Below are positions 22,972-34,147 of a stretch of 64,000 nucleotides of DNA, piece by piece. The DNA comes from Utricularia gibba (lineage: Eukaryota; Plantae; Magnoliophyta). A model generated the notes under the pieces. That model was not told the origin of the DNA and did not search any database. It saw nothing but the letters and a program-made list of their open reading frames with translations. The stretch is taken from contig NEEC01000012.1 in NCBI GenBank assembly GCA_002189035.1, positions 2,294,001 through 2,358,000 on the forward strand, in the 5' to 3' direction. The translations under genes were made by a program, and so were the position numbers. Every line of letters begins with the position of its first letter. Position 1 is the first letter of the stretch.

Positions 22972-25900
22972 ATGGAGACCTCTTCGGAGCCTGCAGACGA
23001 GTTGAACCCATCTCTGAAGCTCGCATTGGCGATCGCGATTGTTCAATCGCGACGACGCAAAAGCCTTCCTGATGCGTCGACTGCCGATCGCCATCATGAG
23101 TCCATGCCGCTCAGTCATTCCGATGCTTTGCGATGGAAAAAGAAGGTTTAGTATTTTCGATATCACCTTCGTAGCAGGATTTTGTGTGCTGTTAATAACG
23201 AAATCATGCTTCATTGCCTGTTTCTCAGTTCTTCAGAATTTTTGAACTGTAGGCTAGACTGCGGAAACAAGAGATAATTAAACTTAGGGAGGATCTGAGA
23301 AATGCCGAAGGCTAGTTTTCTCTGCTATAAATCACCATTTTTTACTTTGACTGTATTTTTTATACGGATTTCATAATCCTGCAGTCTGGATAGTAAAGAT
23401 GCTTATATGGGTGAAGAGGGACGTGTATTTACCCCTGCTTTCATTCATCTTGCTTATCAAGTAATTCGTTGATCAGCAGGGATGCAGCATGGCATGAATC
23501 CCTGGGGCATATCATGCAAATGCTATTTCTACAATGATCTTGGAAACCCAAGCTCTGCGCTGGAATCTGAATCTGAAAGATTTAGTGATGTTCTTCGCCG
23601 TGGATTTCTGAGACAGTGTTCTTTCTCTTAACCTCCCCTATATTCACTATTTTATGACGTATTTGTATTTTTTTTATGAGAACTTGGATGTTGATCTAGT
23701 TAGATGTCTGAATAATGATCGACATTTTGTTATTTGTGCAGTAAGATTAAGTGAGAGAAGGAATAGAGGACTTGGTAGTTCCACATCGCAAGATATTTCC
23801 GGTGAGGTGGCTTTGTATCATATGTAAACACTCATGGTAAAAATGAATTCGATGGTTGCTTTGAATACCAAATGTCCCACTAACGTTTGCCATTTTAATC
23901 TATTAAAATAAATGACCATATCCTGTTAAATAGAGTAATATCCATGCCTTCGATAGTTAAGCAACGCACAGTTTTTTCTTGAACTCTTAAGCAGTAGTGC
24001 TCTGCTCATTTTTCAGATTCCTATGGTGATAACGAAGTGGACTTTCTACGAGCATCAGTAGATCTACTTGTAAACTTGTGTGAAAATTCATCTTCACTCA
24101 AGGTGCATCTATTTTGTATTATTATTATTATTATTATTATTATTACTGCAAGCGTTATCTGTTATTGGATTTTTTTGGTTATCACAGTAGTTACTTACAA
24201 ATATTGAGCTAACTCTCTTTGTAGGTGGAGGATGGAAACTTCAAAACTTTGTCACACCAAGCCACTGACTCCATTCTTGGTATCTAATTTCGTATATCAG
24301 AAATCTTTCTGCAATCATTCCAAGAATTATCCACCATTCTAAATACAATAGTCGTTCTTCAGTCGATGGCTGACATGGTTATTTTCAGCTCCATCAGTAG
24401 TCACAGTTGTTCAATGATTGAAAAAGAAAACTCTGATTCTTTATGTTATCCAAATTTAACTTAAAAATTAAACATATTCAATTTTTAACAAATTACTTCG
24501 TTGTCCTTCTTTACATGAAAACAAAAATTCAGCATCGAAGTCTCATTGTGGCAACATCTAGATTCACAGTGATCCCTGATTCTAAGGGAAGGAGCAACCC
24601 TATCCACTCAAAAGAAAGAGTTGCTGCAACAGCTCTTATTCAATTATTCCATATCAGTAATTAATTTGTTGATAAAATGTTTCACAATATGTGGTTCATT
24701 TATTCTTCGTGTGGCAATTACTTATGCCTCGTTCTGTTTTTTTTTTTTTTTTTTTTTGTTTCCTTTTTCCATGCTTGTAACAGATATTTTTACAGTATCT
24801 TTTCCCTTCTTTGTGGTGCTGACTATTATGGAAACTTAACCTGATTATTTTATCTTTTGAAGCCACATTAAAGGCTTTCTCACTGAAGAATTTGATTGAT
24901 GATACCATCCGAAGCATTGTGAGTAGCTTAATTACACGATTGCTGAGAAGCATCCATAATGGAGCGCAAGAACATGGTAAGTTATCAGCTTTATTATGTG
25001 AAAAGTTTACATGCCCTAGGGTGCTACGGTGAATTTGCTTGAGGAATATTTTATTCTTCTTCTTCGATATTCTTCTGTAAATTTTTACACTGGCACACCC
25101 TTATGCTTCTTGACCATGGTATATAGCTTTTCAGTCCATTTGATTCTTATAATAGTCTACCATGCGTGCATCTTTTTGCCTAATAATCCTTGTGAGAGTT
25201 TTGGGATTCTATTCGACTTCCACCCAGTGTAGAAGTATACATGTCAAGGAGCATAAATGTTGCATGCCCCTAACCTAATGGAATATACTACTGTGCATTG
25301 CTCCACTTTGATGTGGTGATCCTGTTTCGTGTTGGAAAATATCCATTATCTAGGGGCACACTGTGTAGTTATACTAGGGAATAGTATTTTTCCTATATTA
25401 CTTTGTTTTCCTGTATGGAATTTGACATTTTTCTAAAACCTTTTTCTTTTTTTTTTTTCCTATCAGAGCTCCCTTCCGGTCAGAGTAATCTTCAGTTTTA
25501 TGTTCAACATTTGTTGCGTAAACTCGGAAGTGACCCTAGTGTTGGGCAGCATATAATCCTCTCAGTTTCACATAGAATTTCTAGCACTGCTGAAAGTTTA
25601 ATTTCTCTGAATCCATTTGATACCGCCTTCCTCAAGGCTCACCACTGCTTGTACCTAATGTAAGCTGCACTCCAAAGTTCCTTTATATGGCTCATCACCC
25701 ATATTTTAGAATGATAATGATGGCTTGTTATGAAATTCAAGAAATCTTTAGTTCATCTTTTGCCAGCTGTCCTTTTTTATGGTTTCTAGTGCAATTGTTC
25801 TTGGTCATGAAATTCTACTTCATATTCTATTTAGTTCATCTTGCCTTCACCTGCTGCCATCTACCACCATTTCATACGTCCTTTTTCACAGTTTTTGTGT

Positions 25901-26477
25901 TCTATCCTTTTTTTTGGACTGTTGGTCATACGTCAAAAAGATCCAAATTTTTTATGTCAATGTAGTTGGTTTTGGTCTTGGTGTTACTGTCATCTGTACT
26001 GTTTGCAGGATTCAACTTATCGACTTTCTGATCTCAGATTATTTACTTGCTTGGCCAACCCGCTCAGATTTTGTTTCAAGTATGTTTCTTATATTGATCC
26101 TGTTTGATTTAGGCTTTTTGTGTTGCTTCATTTCACTAGCTATTACGTTGCACTCCATATAAACACCCTTCCTTCCAGCATCATCGCTGGAAGTTGTTTC
26201 TGAAGTGCAGTTGATTTACGTCATTCGAATGAATCCTTTATTATGGGCATGTGATTTTGTACCAGACATTAACATTCTTCGTAAATATCATGCAGATCTT
26301 CTGGAAGAATGGGTGGCATCAGTTGCTGTTGCGCAAAAATCTTTGATGCTCTTGGAGAACAAGAATTCATTGTACATGCTATACATGGATCGCATTGTCG
26401 GGGAACTAACGAGGAACCTCGGTCAGGACCCATTTATTCAGATTCTAGGACATGATTTTCTGAAGGTTTTCAGCTAG
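22972..26477 (+). CDS. PRD2: PUTATIVE RECOMBINATION INITIATION DEFECT 2 / MULTIPOLAR SPINDLE 1 (meiotic DSB factor)
   Basis: Exons 22972-23145, ~23251-23310 (GC donor), 23480-~23617, 23742-23801, 24017-24102, 24225-24279, 24863-24976, 25467-25659, 26009-26079, 26296-26477. Motifs SLKLALAIA, SDALRWK, IIKLREDL, SCKCYFY, FYVQHLLRKLGSDP, IQLIDFLISDYL, EEWVASV, LYMDRIVGEL. Confidence 0.9.
24117..24144. repeat. (ATT)n microsatellite in a PRD2 intron
   Basis: Run of attattatt... seen directly. Confidence 0.85.
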
Positions 26478-26897
26478 CAAGTAGCCTCTTGGATCTACGA
26501 GGTATTCATGTCGCAGGTCCCATTTATCTTTCCAAGTATATTTGTCATTAAACTTTTTTGAGTTTCCCCTTCGTGTTTCGCTTTTTCTCCTTTCGTCCGC
26601 CTTCCGCTTTGTGACTGCATCTTATCCTACAAAGAAGAAATAATATTTCCCTTTTTATCGTCTTTTTATTCTTCCAAAAGTCTTCTTCTTTTTAGCATCA
26701 TCTTCTGCTTTAGCATCATGTTGGGTGCTTCATGCTGGTCCTACACATGAATCAGTGAAACCAATTTGCTTCAAAATAGGTTCTTGTTAAGAACAATTCT
26801 AATTTTCCTTGATTTGCGTTCACTCACAGCTATGCTTATAGTTCTGCAACATTACTTTGGTGCACACTAACTATATGCCCATGTAGAGAGTATCAAC

Positions 26898-28335
26898 TCA
26901 TTTGTTCTTATGATGATTCTCAACATCGACATTCTTCGGACTTACTACGGTTTCAGGTGGTGTTTCGATCGACCAAGCCCCCTTGAGAAAGCTTCTGCAA
27001 ATCATCTCCCAATGTTTCCTATCAGCCTGTGTCTCCTTCAACTGCAACCTCGCCTTTTCTGCAAGAGTTTCCTGCGAAGTAGGAAGAAAAGACCAAGAGG
27101 GATTAGACTCTTCGATATTCATGATCCCATGTCGCCAGTTTGATCAAGCACCCTTACGTCGATCGATTCGTCGTAAAGCAGACGATCAACCAGATTATCA
27201 AGAATGTCTTTGGTGTACTCAGGGTGCCCTTGAATCCCCAAAACATGATCCTCATAAGCGAACATCTCCACGGCCGTTCTGTCGGAAGACGCAAGAACGC
27301 AGCCCCTTCAGGGACTTGGATCACCTAGTAGAAGAACGCTCTCGGACATGAGATGAAACCATGGTGAGAAAATGGAGAGAACCAACGTACTTCATCTTGA
27401 TGACACTCGATGATGGCGAGATCTAGTGAGGCCTGTTCCAATCCAGCAATACGTGTGGCGAACTCCGACAGGAAGCTCACCCTTCGAATGCCAACATCCC
27501 ATCCGCCCTCTGACCTCCCAACCTCGCCACCTAAAACGCGACACAGAATCTCGAAAAGAAAATTCATAGAATGAGAAGATGGTTAGGCCAAAATGGGTAT
27601 ACGTTCATCCAAAATGGAAAAACTTTATAAGATTTTAATTTAAAAAATGAAGACTATGTTTTTAGTACAAAATCCAATGCATCAATTAAGTGAATTACTT
27701 GTTTATAAGATTTTAGTTTGTTCGATGTTAAATATAAACAAGGTTAATTTATAATAAACGTCTTTTGTAAAAATTGTTATATAAATTAGATTTATTGTTT
27801 AATAGAAAATTTTAAGATTAAATCCAATTCTAAACGAGATATGCGTAGAGTAAATTATCATGATTTGAAAAATATTATATTGAAACCGAAAAAAGTACTA
27901 ATGCTACTATCAAACCATTAAAAGTTGTTTCAATAAAAATTAGGAATTTCAAGGGCTGATTTTGTGAGATGTAAACTATAAATATAAATTAAATAAAACG
28001 AAAATAAATAATGGTACCTGGTGGCCAAAGCAGACGCCGAGCACTTTCTTCTTCATGGAGATGAGAGTTTGCAGCAAAAGGCAAAGCTCGATGATCCAGC
28101 CCTCGTCGCCGAAGGCATCGTGAGGGCTTCCGCTGATGACGAAACCGTCGTAGTGTTGAAGCGCCTCCGTCTCGGGGAATTCTCCGTCGACGACACGAAA
28201 CGCGTCCCACTTCTCGCCGTCATCGGCGAAAGCGTCGATGAAAACGTTAAAGTATCCGCCGTAGACCTTCTTCACGTAATCGGAGTCGCGCGCGGCGAGC
28301 AGAAGAGCGTATCTTCTGCTCTCCTGGAACCTCAT
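26898..28335 (-). CDS. GGP: Gamma-glutamyl peptidase (class I glutamine amidotransferase-like); apparent -1 frameshift at ~27298-27306
   Basis: Exons 28335-28018, 27549-27391, 27324-27158, 27071-26898. [24 protein letters not shown], nucleophile GVCFGHQ, ECHQDEV, catalytic [17 protein letters not shown]. Exon 3 changes frame after VPEGA. Confidence 0.88.
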
Positions 28336-28689
28336 TAAGGGAACAGAGGATGTGAACAGAAGAACATTTCAAATGCCTTTATAGAGAGGGAAAGAAAGGA
28401 AGATGATATCTCTGTACCAGTGTTGAATTCCTTAATTAAATGTTGCAAAAATGGTATTTTTAATCCATAAAAAAAATTAAAAAAATAAAAAAAATTCCAT
28501 GCAGATTTTTTAAGAATATTTTACTTTGGGATAAATGCAAATTATTCCTCTTACAATAGTCCATATAGTCAAAAGATTTTCAACGTTTCTCTTGCATGAG
28601 GAATTAAAAATGATCCCACCAAATTCAAGATATCATGAGCTTCGAGTTGTGATCCAAAGAGAACAACTTGTGTCACCTCAAATTCAGTT

Positions 28690-28880
28690 GTGTTTATCGG
28701 GTTAGAATTCTCTGATTCCAACAGGCCGTCCCATTTTGGATTCTTGGAAACGTGGGGGTTTCAGGTCCTTGGTTTGTGCATCTTGATGAGATCACGAATG
28801 TATTCTTTAAGGATAGAGAAATCTCAGAATATTCTACTTGCGAGGCAGTACTCAGATCACTTGGTCCTACTGCCCTCTGT
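28690..28880 (-). mobile_element. Possible LINE endonuclease relic
   Basis: SILKEYIRDLIKMHKPRT* resembles the start of the plant L1 APE domain (L..LI..HKP). Stops present; short match only. Confidence 0.22.
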
Positions 28881-29150
28881 GTTCCCTGTCATGGAGTTGA
28901 GTTCTGTTGTTCGGTAGCCCCCATGTCTGGTGAAGGAGTTGGATTCATCAGTCCCACTTCACAAACAATGTGATAAAAATTTCATATTGTAATTTGAAAT
29001 TAAAATAATTGAGTATATAAAAAATCATAAATTAATAATAATTTATTAGACTTCATTTCTATTGATATAATCTAAATTTCGTATATATTTGAATTTCATG
29101 TGTATTCGTATTATTCATCACATTCTTAATTTTAACATATTATCAAAACA

Positions 29151-29275
29151 GTTGCCTCATGACATGATTTGGATGATCAAGATGAATTTCGTGTTGATTC
29201 AAATTTCAATTAACCAAAAAAAAATGCATTGAACTTAAACGATAAAAATTAGAGATCTATTACCTAAGTATTACC
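29151..29275 (+). repeat. Dispersed AT-rich repeat (MITE-like end), copy A
   Basis: ttgcctcatgacatgatttggatgatcaagatgaattt...ttaaccaaaaaaa...aaaaattagagatct aligns by eye with 40367-40480 (+) and partly with 57272-57305 (-). Confidence 0.55.
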
Positions 29276-29721
29276 TCCAATTATTAAAAAAAAATCTTAG
29301 CCGAATTGAAAATTAATTCAATTTGAGAACGAGTATTATAACAGACACCAAAATCTTTCATTTAAAATCATCCTCTTTTATCCCAAACTTATGAAATTTT
29401 CATTCAACCAACTTCTTGGTTTCATTTTATGATCACACTGGGAGACAGGGTTGTAGTCTCAAAGAACCCTCGTCTTCAGCATCCTTTGCCTTCTTCCGAT
29501 ATGGTTTTCTTGTACACCATTCAATTGGAATGATTGATTGGCACGCGTGCAGGGTTGTAAGAACGTTGTCTGTAATATGCTTTGGACAACCCTGGACTAT
29601 CATCAGGATATCCTTCTTTCGTATCTCTTTGATTTTTGCTACATGGCGCTTGCTTCACTGTATAAACCATCCCAAGGTGTATCTATTTACAGACTTACCT
29701 CCGGTGGGTATGTCTCCTTGC

Positions 29722-32700
29722 TTATACCAGGATGCTCCTTGGCAACCACTCTGTGCTTTCGTGGGTCTTCCTCCGACCACAAGCATCGGACTCGACAACC
29801 AGCCGGACCACCGTGCTGCTCCTTTCAGCCGCCGGAGGGAGCTGCAGCTTGAGCTCTTCGAAGCTTGGTTCCACGACATTTTCGATCCACTCAGATAAGC
29901 TTGCCCTGTCGTGCCATACACCTCCTAGGATCTTCTCCACCACATCATCTCCTATCTCTATAGACAAGCTTGCTCCCATAACACTCGAGAATTTTGTCGA
30001 TATTCTTCTTCGAATCTCCCGTCGTATGAAGGAGTATTCGACTGGCTTGAAGTCTATCAGCTCCTCCATGTTGTCGGATAGTTCGTGGGGTACTGATGTG
30101 ATCGTGAAGTGGGCGGCTTCTGAATGTCCACCTTCTTCGTCTTGATCCATGGTTAGATCGCTAGCGTCGATTGATCCGTCTGTTTTTTCGTCTTCTGCGT
30201 CACAGCCTGCTGCAGCGAGATTGAGGTCCAAGGAGATACCCATCCCCATTTCTTTTCTTGATTTCCTTGTTCTCTCTTCATCCTGCACCCTGCTTGCTCT
30301 CCTCTTTGTGCCTCTGTCCCTTACAACTAAACCAAGCTGCCAACTCCCACTTGCTGCCGTGGCTAGCCTTTTTGCATCCACAAACAGACCGTCTCTCATG
30401 GCTTCTGGATACATCGCCGTCGACCAGTCTCCGGCGACGATGACTACAGCATTGCCAAGTGCAACTTCACGGCCGTGAGAGTCTGTTATCCTCCCTCTCT
30501 CGATGGCTCGTTTGATGTGCCCACGAACCATCATGTCTGCTTCATCCATGTCCTCGAGCATGATCACTGAAAAGGGGTTTCTCCGAACAGCTTCGGCCAT
30601 CCGATCAATGCCTGTCTTGCCACGAAAGTTGGAATCGGGATATTCATCGTCCCTTCTTTTGCCAAGGCATATCACAACCGGGTTTGTTCCACAGATTTGC
30701 TCTGATAACACTGATGCCATCTTCTTCTTCCCAACTCGTTCCGGCCCGGTGAAGAGCAGCCATAAGTCCCCCCTGGATCCACCTCTGCACCTTTTACCTT
30801 CACCTAATCTGAAACGTGTGACGGCTAAGGCCACTGCAGAGGCAGCTTTCGGTTGCCACCATGCATTCTCCATTAGACCCTTGAGCAATTTCTTGTATGC
30901 AGCATCCAAAGCATTCGCGTACTTAACCATGCGTGGCTCGGATGAAATGCAACCCAGAAAATGTTTCCCCTGATCGTCACTGAAGTTTGATCCTTTCCTT
31001 CCGAGAGCAAGCTCGGTTCCCACAGGGCTTCTAGGAGGACCATTGGCCTTTTGGCACATAAATTCATTCATATTCAACTGCAGAGCCTCTGTGGGTGGCT
31101 TGTTCACCTGGATCTTTTGCTGGAAAGGTGGACACAATAGCAAGCCAGGACTATTACACAAGTGTAATGAGGACATGACAGGGGGAATGATTTTGCCCTG
31201 GCTAGCAGCATTTTGGTGAAAATCACTGTGAAGGTGGATGCATATATCCCTCCATTTCTTCAGCAAGTCTTCACCCTTCTGCCTTGCCACAAAGTCCTGA
31301 TCTTTACCCTGCGAACATAACCAGAAAAACAAAAGGTGTCGGCTTATCAGATGCTGTGTCTGTATGTATCATTTCGAACATACCGATGCAAACTGCAGCC
31401 ACCGTGGTAGCGATGACATGGATGACTCCAGCTTGGCTTCAGATAACAAATTCCCAGTTGCTTTAAGCTTCTCCAGCTCCTTTTCGTAGTTGTCAGTACA
31501 GCGAGGGCAAAGATTTGATTTTTGTGTAGGCTCGATGTTTTCAGACACATGCCTCGTATATGAAGAAAGTTTTGCAGAGGGCTCCATTAGATTGCTTGAG
31601 ATTCTCTCAGTTCCAAACCTATGAAGCAAACAGAACACCAAACACCGTAAACAAATTTCCCAGTCCAAGGATACATAGCCAAAAATTCAATCCATTTCAA
31701 GGGTTGGAGATAAAGCGGCTGAATTGAACGAAAGCTAAGAGTGCACCTTGGAGATGTTGCTTGGAGAGGCGATCTGGAGGCAATAGGAAGAGCCTGAAGA
31801 TCCCAATCAGTTTCCAGGGTGGAATGATGAACTTGACACCTCAGAAATGTATCACAAGTTGCAGTTCCGATCATCCAAAATCTGTTTCCACCTTCATCTC
31901 CGCCGTATCTCCCGACTAATTTGGTTATCTCCGCCACCATCGCCTTCCCCGACTCCGAAATGACCTGTCTTGGATTCTGTGAATTCTCTACAAGCCACTT
32001 GAGATCACCCAAATCGAGAATCACTCCTCCAAACCTGATCCTCATCTCAATCAAAGCTCCCAATTCTTCAAACTTGGACACCACCTGACTATTTTCCGCA
32101 TTGAAAAGCTCCTTCTCTAGAGACAATACTTGAAGATTCTTAAAAGTCCCCTGTTCTTTGTTTTCGATTTCTCTCAGTAATTCGATCATCACAGTTTCGG
32201 GTTCAGAGTCTCCAACCAAAACTGGGTTCTTTCCTTTGCTTCTCCCCATTATCTCTAACACCTTCTTAACATGTTGACCGTTTTGATTCTTCATCATTCC
32301 TGTGCCCAGTTGTTGCAACCTGGGATTCAGATAGACATTCCGATTGGCCAAAAGGGGTTCCCCACTCTTCGATTGCGGCAATATCTGCCATGAATTGGAG
32401 ACGATTCTTGGTCCAAACCCCACATTTCCGCTTGGTGTCTGTGTACTGGAAGTGGAGCGATTCAACGATTGTTGAATGGTGGCTTTAACAGCCGAGCTTG
32501 AAAAACTCGCTTCCCTCATCACACGGCTGACGCTAGGATCATCAAGTATAGAAATAATCAGCTGCTCAAGCTCAACCTTCACCGCTAGCAACGGCTGCTG
32601 CTGCTGCTCAGGGCAGCCCCGCCGCTGATGCGCCTGAGCCCGCTTCAGCGCCGCCATAAGCGCGTTCGACATCGGCGGCTCCGCGCCCGACGACTCCGCG

Positions 32701-32963
32701 TTCTGGGTCGTCGGCAACCGTTCAAGAGCGACGTTGAAGCAGAGCTCCAGGGCCCGGCACTGAAGTGGATGGCTTGAATTCGGGTGAGCCCTGGTGCACG
32801 CCTGCCTCAAGTATCCCGATGGCGAACCCAGCAACGTCCCTGCCACATGAAGCGGCGTCGTTTGACCATGGTTACGGCGACCCGCCTCCGCAATCGCCTG
32901 ATTCACAACTGCAGCAGCCTCCAGAGTCAGAGTCTGCAAAACACTACTTGACCCACCTCTCAT
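29722..32963 (-). CDS. SMAX1: SUPPRESSOR OF MAX2 1 / SMXL2-like (karrikin/KL signalling repressor, ClpB-like)
   Basis: Exons 32963-31747, 31618-31384, 31308-29722 (~1010 aa). Double Clp-N start LQTLT.EAA.V..QAI.EAGRRNHGQTTPLHVA, HPNSSHPLQCRALELCF, WLLFTGPERVGKKKMA, intact degron FRGKT, EAR motif LDLNL. Confidence 0.95.
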
Positions 32964-33760
32964 TTCCGATGACTACTACACACCAATGAACCCAAATTCC
33001 TCTTTTTCCAAAGCAAAAAGCGCAGAAATCTGCAGAAACCGAGTATAACAACAAACAAATCGTGGCTCGTGTGTTGACGAAAAGTAAACCACAGAAAAAA
33101 AAAGAAAACAATTTCCCCACAGAAAGTCTTGAACCTCGCGATTGCTTGCAAGAAAGAAAGGAGGGAAAACTGGTCCTGTTCACATCTCAGGTTCTTGTTC
33201 TTGCTTTCCCATGACCTCTTTCCATCTCTCCCTTTCGCTCACTAACTTTTGGAAAGTGGCTACTTTTTTCTCATGATTCAGTTCCTTTTTCTCCCCAGAA
33301 AGTAAGAGTCTAAAGGTGTACCATAAATTCAACGCGAAAAGGAAAGATGAGCCCGCCCTGCCCCGCCCCAACTCCTTCAACAAACGCAGCAGTGCTCCCC
33401 CTTTTTCTCCTCCCCCACCCTACTTTATTCAACTCACTACTGCACAAAACTCGATCTAGCTGGTGGTTAAGATTCAGTGACAAGTGGATACTTCGAAGGT
33501 GTCCATCGTAAATGACGAGGTATTTAGATAGGGTTCCACATCGCCTTGTCCCAAACAGCACACCAATGCGACTGTCGGTATGTATTTTCTTTCACATGCC
33601 ATCTTCAAACACACACACAAACATTCTTACAATTTTTTTCAAAAATTTAATTCCTAGAATATGGTATCTTAAATTACAAAAAAAAAACCATTAATTGTTG
33701 AGATAAATTAAAAATGTAGACATATGATAGATATTGTGTGAAAAAAATAATTATTTATAA

Positions 33761-34147
33761 GATAAACATCGTTTTTTAAATCAAAATATTTGATTCATTT
33801 TTAATATACAATCAAGCATTTTAACTTGTATAAAATTTAGTCAAAAAGTTTACTAATAAATTCATTTTATGACATTCCGTCTAAAAACTCATCCTAACTA
33901 ACCCTCACAATTATCATTCACTTGAAATTTAAAAAAAATTATGATTTATTTAAAAAGAATTCATAATTATTTAATCAAAAAAAGAAAAGCGAATTAGACT
34001 TATGACAATTAATTTCGAAGAATTTTTTGTCAGAATGTCATCAAATGAGTTCATTGATACATTTTTTAATTAAATTTTACATAAATTAAAATGCTAGATT
34101 GTAAAATAAAAATAAATCAAATATTGTGACTTAAAATGATTTTTATC
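33761..34147. mobile_element. Non-autonomous Mutator-like element (MULE-MITE), ~387 bp
   Basis: Imperfect terminal inverted repeats of ~125 bp (33761-33887 vs 34023-34147, roughly 80% identical by eye), starting GATAAA and ending TTTATC. Flanked by a 9-bp near-duplication TATTTATAA (33752-33760) / TATCTATAA (34148-34156). Confidence 0.75.

Noticed and set aside
29732-30973. Long plus-strand ORFs (137, 109 and 156 aa) inside SMAX1
   Set aside because: Antisense shadows of a well-supported coding exon, with no recognisable domain.
33180-33212. 10-codon uORF upstream of SMAX1
   Set aside because: Probably upstream of the likely TSS (pyrimidine patch at ~33165); cannot be supported without TSS data.
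33533-33543. USE-like GTTCCACATCG (also near-matches at ~23779 and ~50917)
   Set aside because: One mismatch, no TATA at 23-26 or 32-36 bp, and no snRNA body; the other two lie inside exons.
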